Below the pieces are notes generated by a model. That model was not told the DNA's origin. It saw only the letters and a program-made list of their open reading frames with translations, and searched no databases. Below are positions 1-5,477 of a stretch of 6,850 nucleotides of DNA, piece after piece (the stretch's first letter is position 1; each line of letters opens with the position of its first letter). Origin of the DNA: a virus; the IMG/VR virus record IMGVR_UViG_3300038543_000040, positions 1 through 6,850 of that record; one strand, 5' to 3'. Position numbers and translations under genes: made by a program.

Positions 1-49
1 ATTTATTAATAGATCACTTTAGGAAATTGAATCAATCGGGGGGCAATTC
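1..49. repeat. Left copy of the exact 49-nt terminal direct repeat (identical to 6802-6850)
   Basis: Base-by-base comparison: atttattaatagatcactttaggaaattgaatcaatcggggggcaattc occurs at both ends. The window ends inside the right copy, so the true repeat length is unknown. Confidence 0.95.
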
Positions 50-115
50 AGCGCTAGAACGTGGGGGGGCGGAGCACCCCAGTTCCGCTGGGCTGTTGGC
101 TGTTGGTGATTAGGT

Positions 116-153
116 AAAAAAAAATTCCCGCGAAGCTGGCAGGCTTCCGGGAA
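116..153 (-). terminator. Intrinsic-terminator-like hairpin read on the minus strand; it could instead be an ssDNA origin hairpin
   Basis: On the + strand an A9 run (116-124) precedes the hairpin TTCCCG-c-GAAGC / loop TGGCAG / GCTTC-CGGGAA (125-153), an 11-bp stem with one bulged C. On the minus strand this reads as a GC-rich stem-loop followed directly by T9. No T-run follows it on the + strand. Confidence 0.5.
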
Positions 154-183
154 CGTGAGCACGTAACAATTGAAAGGTTTCAC

Positions 184-1059
184 ATGCTGGAAAAGATTGT
201 AAACGGAATGCGGTTTGAAGGGTCAATATCTGATAACTGCTACGACGTTCGGACTTGGACTTGTAACGGTGTCACTGAGCGTTCCGCTCGTCGTGTCATT
301 GAATGGCAAGAGTCAAGCCTCATTGAGGGCGGCTACAAGGACATTCCGTATGAGATTGACCCCGAACGTGATGCCGACTACCTCGCAGAGCAAAAAGAAA
401 AAACGTTGCGGGCGAATGCTCGTAGGGCGAAAACAATGGTTCGTCGATTCATCATTTCAGAGAATTTCAACGAAATGTTGACTCTCACATATCGGGAGAA
501 TCAGCCCGATAGGGCATTGTGTAAAAAGCACTTTTCGATCTGGTCTAAGCGCATGAAACGGGCCTTAGGTGAGTTCCGCTACTGTGCAGCATTTGAAGTG
601 CAGGAGCGGGGATCAATGCATGTGCATTGCGCTACAAATAAGCTCCCTACTCATGCCAAATACAAGGGTGTCAAAATCAAGGCGTGGCAGTTGGGCACGG
701 CGATATGGCGTGACATTGTGGGGGCTGATAACGGGCTTTGCTTCGTCGGTGCTGCTCCGTCCAAGTGGGGCAGTTCCCGGCGCAAAAACCTGTCACTGGC
801 AAAAATGGCGTCTTACGTCTCCAAGTACATCCTCAAGGATTTCGCTGCTGCACCTGAGGAAAGCAACCGCTACAGTCGTTCAAACGGCAAACCGGGGGGT
901 GAGGTACACACCTGCCGTTTAAATGGCACCTTGCCCGAAATAATAGCCTGCGCGTTTGAAGTTGGCGAGGGTGATGTAATCGTCTCGCATCATGCGTCAT
1001 CACTCGGTTTCGGCTGGTGGCTCTGCACTGAAAAGCGCCCTCCTGATCACTATTGTTGA
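184..1059 (+). CDS. Rolling-circle replication initiator, HUH endonuclease superfamily (functional analogue of pII)
   Basis: 291-aa ORF. AAAGG lies 6 nt upstream of the ATG. Three RCR motifs appear in order: MLTLTY (aa 98-103), HUH-type MHVHCAT (aa 145-151), and the two-tyrosine motif YVSKYILK (aa 211-218), which resembles the YVAKY arrangement of phiX174 gpA-type Reps. Confidence 0.8.
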   Translation: MLEKIVNGMRFEGSISDNCYDVRTWTCNGVTERSARRVIEWQESSLIEGGYKDIPYEIDPERDADYLAEQKEKTLRANARRAKTMVRRFIISENFNEMLTLTYRENQPDRALCKKHFSIWSKRMKRALGEFRYCAAFEVQERGSMHVHCATNKLPTHAKYKGVKIKAWQLGTAIWRDIVGADNGLCFVGAAPSKWGSSRRKNLSLAKMASYVSKYILKDFAAAPEESNRYSRSNGKPGGEVHTCRLNGTLPEIIACAFEVGEGDVIVSHHASSLGFGWWLCTEKRPPDHYC

Positions 1060-1089
1060 TTTGTGACAATCACCCTCAAGGGGGGTGAT

Positions 1090-1674
1090 ATGCGGCGCAT
1101 AGGGTATGCCAGAGTTTCTACGCTTGAACAGTCAACAGCATTGCAAATTTCGGCGTTTTCCAAGCACGGTATCACCCGGATTTACTCTGAGAGTCAGTCG
1201 AGTGTGAAACGGCGTCCAGTTCTGGATTCGCTGCTTAAAGAATTGAGGGCAGGTGATACCCTCTACGTTTACAAGCTGGATCGGCTCGCTAGGTCAATGT
1301 CGCACTTCGTGCGCATCTTTGAGCAATTGAAAGCTAAGCAAGTCGGCTTCAAGTCTCTGACTGAATCAATCGAAACGGAAACACCTCAAGGTCGGTTGTT
1401 TCTTCAAATGCTCGGTATCTTTGCGGAGTTTGAGCGAGAGCTAATCCGGGAACGGTGCTTAGCGGGTCAGCAGGCTGCGAGGGCACGGGGGAAAACATGG
1501 GGCCGTGTGGCCATGTTCACGCCATCTGAGGCAAAAAAGCTGGCAAAGATTTGGCGCTCCGGTGTTGAGCAAAAGCTGCTCGCGGATATGTTCGGTTGCT
1601 CTGTTGCCTGCCTTCGTGACTCAATACACCGCGCAGAGAATCGGGGCCGTTGGAAAAACGCGACAACGAGATAG
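1090..1674 (+). CDS. Small serine recombinase (resolvase/invertase family) with a C-terminal HTH
   Basis: I chose the ATG at 1090 over the GTG at 1063 in the ORF track. This gives the canonical N-terminus MRRIGYARVSTLEQ with the catalytic Ser at position 10, and a G-rich SD (AAGGGGGG, 1078-1085) sits just upstream. DRLARS and the E-helix region LQMLGIFAEFERELIRERCLAGQQAARARGK are present. The C-terminal part, LLADMFGCSVACLRDSIHR, looks like an HTH. Confidence 0.85.
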   Translation: MRRIGYARVSTLEQSTALQISAFSKHGITRIYSESQSSVKRRPVLDSLLKELRAGDTLYVYKLDRLARSMSHFVRIFEQLKAKQVGFKSLTESIETETPQGRLFLQMLGIFAEFERELIRERCLAGQQAARARGKTWGRVAMFTPSEAKKLAKIWRSGVEQKLLADMFGCSVACLRDSIHRAENRGRWKNATTR

Positions 1675-1938
1675 TTTTTTGTAAAGTGATGTAAGTTGTT
1701 TCAAAAGCCTGTCCTTGATCGGGCTTTCTGGTTCTGCTTCCATGGCTGCGGTCGCTATCCATTGGATCGGATTTTCTCCCAATTTGATAGCTATAGCTCC
1801 AGCAACTCCGGGGGCTAATCTTCCTCTGTGCTTTGCTACCGCTAGTGCACTTCTTGATAGTTTTAACTCTTTGCACCATTGCTCGGCTGATGGTTGCATT
1901 TCTAACGCTCTGTTTAGAAGTTCCATTGTTTTGCCCAT
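1621..1938 (-). CDS. HTH DNA-binding protein, probable phage immunity repressor or regulator
   Basis: 105-aa ORF. A strong SD (AAAGGAG, complement of 1944-1950) lies 5 nt from the ATG at 1938. It has an HTH-like segment, EQWCKELKLSRSALAVAKHRGRLAPGVAGAIAIKLGENPIQWIA. It is divergent from the structural operon and adjacent to palindromic operators. Its 3' end overlaps the recombinase 3' end by 54 nt. Confidence 0.65.
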   Translation of the reverse strand: MGKTMELLNRALEMQPSAEQWCKELKLSRSALAVAKHRGRLAPGVAGAIAIKLGENPIQWIATAAMEAEPESPIKDRLLKQLTSLYKKLSRCRVFPTAPILCAVY

Positions 1939-1979
1939 AGCGGCTCCTTTGGTTGTTGACAGACTGTAATCTTTTCTTG

Positions 1980-1996
1980 CCTTACTGGTAGTAAGG
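1980..1996. promoter_or_regulatory. Operator-like palindrome O1
   Basis: CCTTACT-GGT-AGTAAGG has perfect 7-bp arms. It matches the site at 2013-2029 at 16 of 17 positions. Confidence 0.6.
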
Positions 1997-2012
1997 GCTT
2001 AGGATTCGGGCA

Positions 2013-2029
2013 CCTTACTGGTTGTAAGG
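2013..2029. promoter_or_regulatory. Operator-like palindrome O2
   Basis: CCTTACT-GGT-TGTAAGG has arms matching at 6 of 7 positions. Its centre is 33 bp from the centre of O1, about three helical turns. It overlaps the minus-strand TTGACC hexamer. Confidence 0.6.
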
Positions 2030-2051
2030 GTCAACAAATGGAGTAGTCACC

Positions 2052-2255
2052 ATGCAAGATTTAAAGTTTTCAACCCCAGCGAAGCGGGACAAGTTTCTGA
2101 AGTCCATCGCAAAGCACAAAGCGCGCATAGCCGCGAAACATTGTGATTTATTCGCCCGCCCGTTGTTCGAAAACAGCAATGGTCGTTGTGTGACTACTCC
2201 TCCGGCGCTCGGGGTAACGGTCGGGCACCCTTCTACGTCAAAGGCTGCTGTGTGA
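2052..2255 (+). CDS. Hypothetical small basic protein, first ORF of the rightward operon
   Basis: 67-aa ORF. GGAG (2040-2043) lies 8 nt upstream of the ATG. The N-terminus is Lys/Arg-rich (KFSTPAKRDKFLKSIAKHKARIAAKH). I recognise no motif. Confidence 0.4.
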   Translation: MQDLKFSTPAKRDKFLKSIAKHKARIAAKHCDLFARPLFENSNGRCVTTPPALGVTVGHPSTSKAAV

Positions 2256-2323
2256 GAGTTCCCGGAATGCTTCGCGTGCGGATCATTCGGGGCAACTTTC
2301 GCCCGTAACCCTAAAGGCAAATC

Positions 2324-2638
2324 ATGTCGTTTTCATCAACTATTCAAGTGCTTCTCGTTTCCATTGAGGAAAAGAAAAATCGGGAGGGTGGCACCTACAC
2401 CAAACGCACGGCGGAATGCATCCTCCTTGAGGATGACGGATCAATCAATGCGTGTGGCTCCATGCGTCTTAGTGAGGATTTGGCTAAGGATTTGAAGCCG
2501 GGCACGTATCGGGCTGGCTTCTCCATGGTGCGTTCAACCTTTGGTGATACCAAGGGCGAATTGGTATCCCGGCTGGTGAGCCTGACTCCCGCTCCAGTTC
2601 GTGCCGCTCCCGCTGCTGGCAAGTCTGCAACCGTCTAA
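2324..2638 (+). CDS. ssDNA-binding protein (pV analogue, Pf3-like pattern)
   Basis: 104-aa ORF with AAAGG 6 nt upstream. It lies upstream of the coat gene module, as in other inoviruses. The residue pattern (IQV...GGTY...LLEDD...C...PGTYR...G.GEL) resembles my recollection of the Pf3 78-aa ssDNA-binding protein. It has an Ala/Pro-rich C-terminal tail. Confidence 0.6.
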   Translation: MSFSSTIQVLLVSIEEKKNREGGTYTKRTAECILLEDDGSINACGSMRLSEDLAKDLKPGTYRAGFSMVRSTFGDTKGELVSRLVSLTPAPVRAAPAAGKSATV

Positions 2639-2648
2639 GGGGAACGTC

Positions 2649-3074
2649 ATGCGCCAATCTGGTTTTACTCTCATTGAACTGATGGTGGTCGTTGCCGTTA
2701 TCGGCATCTTGGCTGCTGTGGCCCTTCCCGCATATCAAGACTATGTGACTAAAGGTCGCGTAATGGATGCGGTTTCCATGTCATCCCCAGCGCGTACAGC
2801 CATCGCTCTTGCCTGTTCTGAGGGGTCGATCAGCACGGCGACAAACAATGCCAGTCTCGGCCTTGAGCCTGCGAACACTTACAACAGCAAAGCGGTTTCC
2901 GCTATGGCTGTCGTTGGCCTTAATCCCAACTCGGCGGCTATCACCCTGACCATGAAAAAGCTAGGTGACTTGCCTGCCGGGTCAACCCTTGTCTATACCG
3001 CCACTTGTGGGCCTTCTGGCACCTTGTGGGCAGTGGGGGGAACACTACCGCTCAAGCTACATCCGAAAACCTAA
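2649..3074 (+). CDS. Type IVa prepilin-like protein (class III signal peptide, N-methylation motif)
   Basis: The ATG at 2649 has an SD (AAGGGG, 2637-2642) overlapping the TAA stop of the upstream gene. The N-terminus MRQSG|[28 protein letters not shown] is a textbook short-leader prepilin: Gly-1, Phe+1, Glu+5 and the conserved alpha-1 helix. It is 141 aa with two Cys (ACSEG, TCGPSG) and a pilin-like C-terminus (LPLKLHPKT). The GTG start at 2601 in the ORF track would add 16 residues before the leader and is unlikely. Confidence 0.85.
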   Translation: MRQSGFTLIELMVVVAVIGILAAVALPAYQDYVTKGRVMDAVSMSSPARTAIALACSEGSISTATNNASLGLEPANTYNSKAVSAMAVVGLNPNSAAITLTMKKLGDLPAGSTLVYTATCGPSGTLWAVGGTLPLKLHPKT

Positions 3075-3081
3075 CCTGAGT

Positions 3082-3097
3082 GCAGGGGAAACCCTGC
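3082..3097 (+). other. Short GC hairpin downstream of the pilin gene
   Basis: GCAGGG-GAAA-CCCTGC, a 6-bp stem with a GAAA loop. No T-run follows. A second weak hairpin lies at 3111-3130. Function unknown; possibly an mRNA stabiliser or attenuator. Confidence 0.3.
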
Positions 3098-3164
3098 GTG
3101 AGGGCATAGCGAAAAGGGTCATCCCTTCTCGGTGCGCCTTTGCACTGTTCAACGGAGATTCAAG

Positions 3165-3377
3165 ATGAATCGTTCTCAAGTTCAAGCCGTTTCGGCTTCT
3201 GTGGCTACTGGTGTTTTGACCCTCTCGACTCAAGCCCATGCGGCCTTGCCTGCTGGTGTGACCACTGCGATTACTGATGCTGGTGCCGATATGGTTACGG
3301 CGGTGACTGCGATCATTGTGGCTTTTGTCGCTTTCTGGGGCCTGCGTAAGCTCGGCTCCAAATTCGGCTGGATTTAA
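3165..3377 (+). CDS. Major coat protein (pVIII-like) precursor
   Basis: The ATG at 3165 has GGAG 7 nt upstream. The protein is 70 aa. It has a signal peptide ending AHA|A. The predicted 44-aa mature protein, ALPAGVTTAITDAGADMVTAVTAIIVAFVAFWGLRKLGSKFGWI, has the canonical layout of acidic N-terminus, hydrophobic core and basic C-terminus. Confidence 0.85.
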   Translation: MNRSQVQAVSASVATGVLTLSTQAHAALPAGVTTAITDAGADMVTAVTAIIVAFVAFWGLRKLGSKFGWI

Positions 3378-3385
3378 TGGGCCTT

Positions 3386-3408
3386 CCGGGGGGTTTGCCT
3401 CCCGGTTT
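3386..3408 (+). terminator. Possible leaky terminator or attenuator after the major coat gene
   Basis: CCGGGGG-gtttgc-CTCCCGG forms a 7-bp stem with one G-T (G-U) pair, followed by only TTT. The position after the coat gene parallels the Ff arrangement. Confidence 0.35.
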
Positions 3409-3411
3409 CCT

Positions 3412-3690
3412 ATGGCAAAAGTCCAAATCGTGGCCTGCATTGCAGCGCCAAACATTACGACAAGCACATATAGCTCGTGGTGCCCCGCTGCTAGTCGGCG
3501 GATTCTTGTTGTCGATGACGTGGTGATTCAGGGGACAACCCTCGAAGTTCAGGCAACGGCTGAACCTGTTGATCCTGATCGCGTTGCGGATATGGCTGCT
3601 CTGTTCGGTTTGTTTATCGGCGTTCTTGTCATTGTTTGGGGTTCCAAGCAACTGCTAAACCTGTTCTCCGGTGATATAGAAAAGGGGTGA
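3412..3690 (+). CDS. Hypothetical membrane-anchored small protein (possible minor virion or assembly protein)
   Basis: 92 aa from the ATG at 3412. The C-terminal hydrophobic segment is MAALFGLFIGVLVIVWGSKQLL. There is no clear SD. The TTG start at 3316 in the ORF track overlaps the coat gene and is unlikely. Confidence 0.5.
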   Translation: MAKVQIVACIAAPNITTSTYSSWCPAASRRILVVDDVVIQGTTLEVQATAEPVDPDRVADMAALFGLFIGVLVIVWGSKQLLNLFSGDIEKG

Positions 3691-3694
3691 TTTC

Positions 3695-3763
3695 GTGGTA
3701 CTCCCTCTTGAATACATGATTGCTTTTGGCCTGATGCTGTTGCTGTACGTGGCCTTCAAATGA
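3695..3763 (+). CDS. 22-aa hydrophobic micro-ORF (pVII/pIX-like candidate), absent from the ORF track
   Basis: The GTG at 3695 lies 7 nt after the SD AAAGGGG (3681-3687). Translation is (M)VLPLEYMIAFGLMLLLYVAFK. Its TGA stop (3761-3763) is embedded in the ATGATG start of the pIII-like gene, which has no SD of its own; this suggests translational coupling. An alternative in-frame ATG at 3716 would give 15 aa. Confidence 0.45.
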   Translation: MVLPLEYMIAFGLMLLLYVAFK

Positions 3764-5187
3764 TGCAATTTTTTTTCTTGCCGTTGCTGCTTCTCCTGCT
3801 GCTGCTGAGCGGTTCTCCTGCCTTTGCCGCATATCAAACGGGCGCGGCTCCGACTTTCGTTTTTAGCTCAAACTCTGCCGGGGGCACAGTGGTAACTAAC
3901 TCCACAATCCCGGTGACAAAAAAGGCAGTCGTTAAGGTTGTCGGCTCTGGTGGTGGTGCTGCCTACACTGGCGCGGCTGGTGCCCTTTCTGGTTCTTCCG
4001 ATTTTGCTCGGCTTATGTCGATGCCTCTCAATGGTGGTAAAGGTGTCGAGTTCGGCGGGAAATATAACTATGCGCCTAGGGTGTCCACACCAAACACCAC
4101 AATTCCGATTTCTGTCGTTCAAAAGGTGCCTTTTAAGTCTGTAGCTAAGGCGCTCCTTCGTTCTCTGCCGGGTATCGGCACGGTTTATGTTCTGGGTGAG
4201 TTGGCCGATGAGTATGCAAGGCATGGCAATGAAGTTGATCCCCATGAAAATAGCCCTTGGACTGTTGAGCAAACTCCTACAGGCTGGACTGTTACCCGCG
4301 ATGAGACTGTCGATCAGGCTTATTTGAATAGTGGCGCTGGGCCTTATGAGTCACCCGGCACGGCCTGTACTGCCTTGGCTGAATCCATGGCTTGTCATGA
4401 TCCTGGCTGCGAACCTCCTCCCTCTTTGACTGCTATCGACAACCGTCCCGCTGTCTATTCGTTTTCCTGTGCGCTCAGTTCTGATCTGAGTCAAATTGCA
4501 GGCGGTGGCGTCATACAACAGCAAGTTCAAAAAATTCCGCTCCCTGAAAGTGTGATTGACGATGAGATTCAGCCCGATGGTGACCCGGCTCCGGGTGTTG
4601 CTGATGGGATTGTGATGGATGCTTTGCGTGGTAATGCGCCTTGGCAGTTGGAAATACCCGACTCGCCGGCTCCTGAAGTCACGGGGCCGGGTACTGTCTC
4701 TAACTCTGTCGTCACAACGACAAACGCGGCGGGAAACACTGTCACCAATACAACCGTGACAACGATCAATTACAACGACAACCGGGTGACCGTCAACAAT
4801 ACAACGACAACCGTCACCAAAAACCCCAGCGGGACAACAATCCCCAATGATCCCGCTGATGTTCCTGCTGATGAGACAAGCGCAGAGCCTGAGCCTCCTA
4901 CTGATCTTTGCAAAGATCACCCGGAGATACTGGCCTGTCAAGAGCTTGATACTCCTTCGGATGAGCCTATCCCGAAAGATACTCGAAACATTACCCTGCA
5001 AACTGGCCCTACATTCGGCGGTGGCGGCTGTATCCCTGACGTTGTGGTCAATGTCGGCGGTCAGCAAATTACGGTTTTGGCTATGACCGTTCCCTGTGGC
5101 TGGATCGAAAACCTTCTTAAACCTTTCATCCTGCTGATTGCCACTATTTCAGCGGTTTATATCGTCATGCCTCGGGCTGGGGATTAA
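3760..5187 (+). CDS. Adsorption / minor coat protein (pIII-like)
   Basis: 475 aa. The signal peptide is MMQFFFLPLLLLLLLLSGSPAFA|AY. N-terminal domains are followed by a Thr/Asn-rich low-complexity linker, a Cys-containing domain, and a C-terminal membrane anchor (LLKPFILLIATISAVYIVMPRAGD). It sits between the coat and pVI-like genes. Confidence 0.75.
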   Translation: MMQFFFLPLLLLLLLLSGSPAFAAYQTGAAPTFVFSSNSAGGTVVTNSTIPVTKKAVVKVVGSGGGAAYTGAAGALSGSSDFARLMSMPLNGGKGVEFGGKYNYAPRVSTPNTTIPISVVQKVPFKSVAKALLRSLPGIGTVYVLGELADEYARHGNEVDPHENSPWTVEQTPTGWTVTRDETVDQAYLNSGAGPYESPGTACTALAESMACHDPGCEPPPSLTAIDNRPAVYSFSCALSSDLSQIAGGGVIQQQVQKIPLPESVIDDEIQPDGDPAPGVADGIVMDALRGNAPWQLEIPDSPAPEVTGPGTVSNSVVTTTNAAGNTVTNTTVTTINYNDNRVTVNNTTTTVTKNPSGTTIPNDPADVPADETSAEPEPPTDLCKDHPEILACQELDTPSDEPIPKDTRNITLQTGPTFGGGGCIPDVVVNVGGQQITVLAMTVPCGWIENLLKPFILLIATISAVYIVMPRAGD

Positions 5188-5189
5188 TC

Positions 5190-5477
5190 ATGGGCCTTGC
5201 TGGTTTCCTTCTTGCGTTGGTGCAACCGATAGTTGCAAGGGTTCTCGTTGCCCTTGGTTTCAGCCTTGTGACCTATGTTGGCATGGATGTAATGATGGGG
5301 CAGGTTACGGCTGCGGCCTTGGCTGCTTGGGGTGCCCTTCCCGCCAATCTTTTGCTGCTGGCTGGCCTTGCTGGTATCGGTCAAGGGCTGGCTATCATCT
5401 TCGGGGCTATCGCAACCCGTGTGCTGATTTGGCAGTTGACCAAATCGACCCGGATGCTTATGAGCAATCCCGGATGA
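5190..5477 (+). CDS. pVI-like minor coat / membrane protein (DUF2523-like)
   Basis: 95 aa, very hydrophobic, with about three predicted TM segments. GGGGA lies 6 nt upstream. The stop overlaps the Zot-like start (ATGA at 5474-5477). The position immediately before the Zot-like gene is canonical. Confidence 0.6.
   Translation: MGLAGFLLALVQPIVARVLVALGFSLVTYVGMDVMMGQVTAAALAAWGALPANLLLLAGLAGIGQGLAIIFGAIATRVLIWQLTKSTRMLMSNPG

Larger units (their letters stand above)
1953..2037. promoter_or_regulatory. Divergent control region bounded by an 8-bp inverted repeat that carries -35-like hexamers
   Basis: TTGTTGAC (1953-1960) and GTCAACAA (2030-2037) are perfect inverted repeats. They contain TTGACA (+ strand, 1956-1961) and TTGACC (- strand, 2034-2029). 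The SDs of the repressor gene and of the 2052 ORF lie symmetrically just outside. I could not identify convincing -10 hexamers. Confidence 0.45.

Noticed and set aside
1-183. A tRNA-derived attP, as in phiRSM phages, or any tRNA gene
   Set aside because: I found no T-arm-like GGTTCGAATCC motif and no acceptor-stem plus CCA pattern in either non-coding region. attP remains unidentified rather than absent.
1517-1879. A 120-aa minus-strand ORF in an alternative frame to the repressor-like gene
   Set aside because: It has no HTH or other motif and no SD. It overlaps the better-supported 1621-1938 ORF, which has a strong AAAGGAG SD.
2015-2320. A 101-aa minus-strand ORF opposite the 2052-2255 ORF
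   Set aside because: Its start would lie at 2320 with no SD, and it would run into the operator region. The + strand ORF has an SD and fits the operon layout. Neither ORF is strongly supported, so confidence in the + strand ORF is kept low.
3057-3651. Minus-strand ORFs 3057-3467 and 3313-3651 across the coat gene region
   Set aside because: Both are antisense to the clearly recognisable major coat gene and its neighbour. Their translations are Arg/Ser/Pro-rich with no features.
4351-5067. A 238-aa minus-strand ORF antisense to the pIII-like gene
   Set aside because: The Arg/Cys-rich, low-complexity translation is typical of the antisense frame of a real gene. It has no SD or promoter context, and it lies wholly inside a well-supported + strand CDS.
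5138-5473. The N-terminal 112-aa extension of the Zot-like ORF given in the ORF track (TTG start at 5138)
   Set aside because: It overlaps the end of the pIII-like gene and the whole pVI-like gene in another frame. It is Cys/Gly/Trp-rich with no coherent features. The ATG at 5474 puts the Walker A motif at the N-terminus, as in Zot/pI proteins, and forms an ATGA overlap with the upstream stop.
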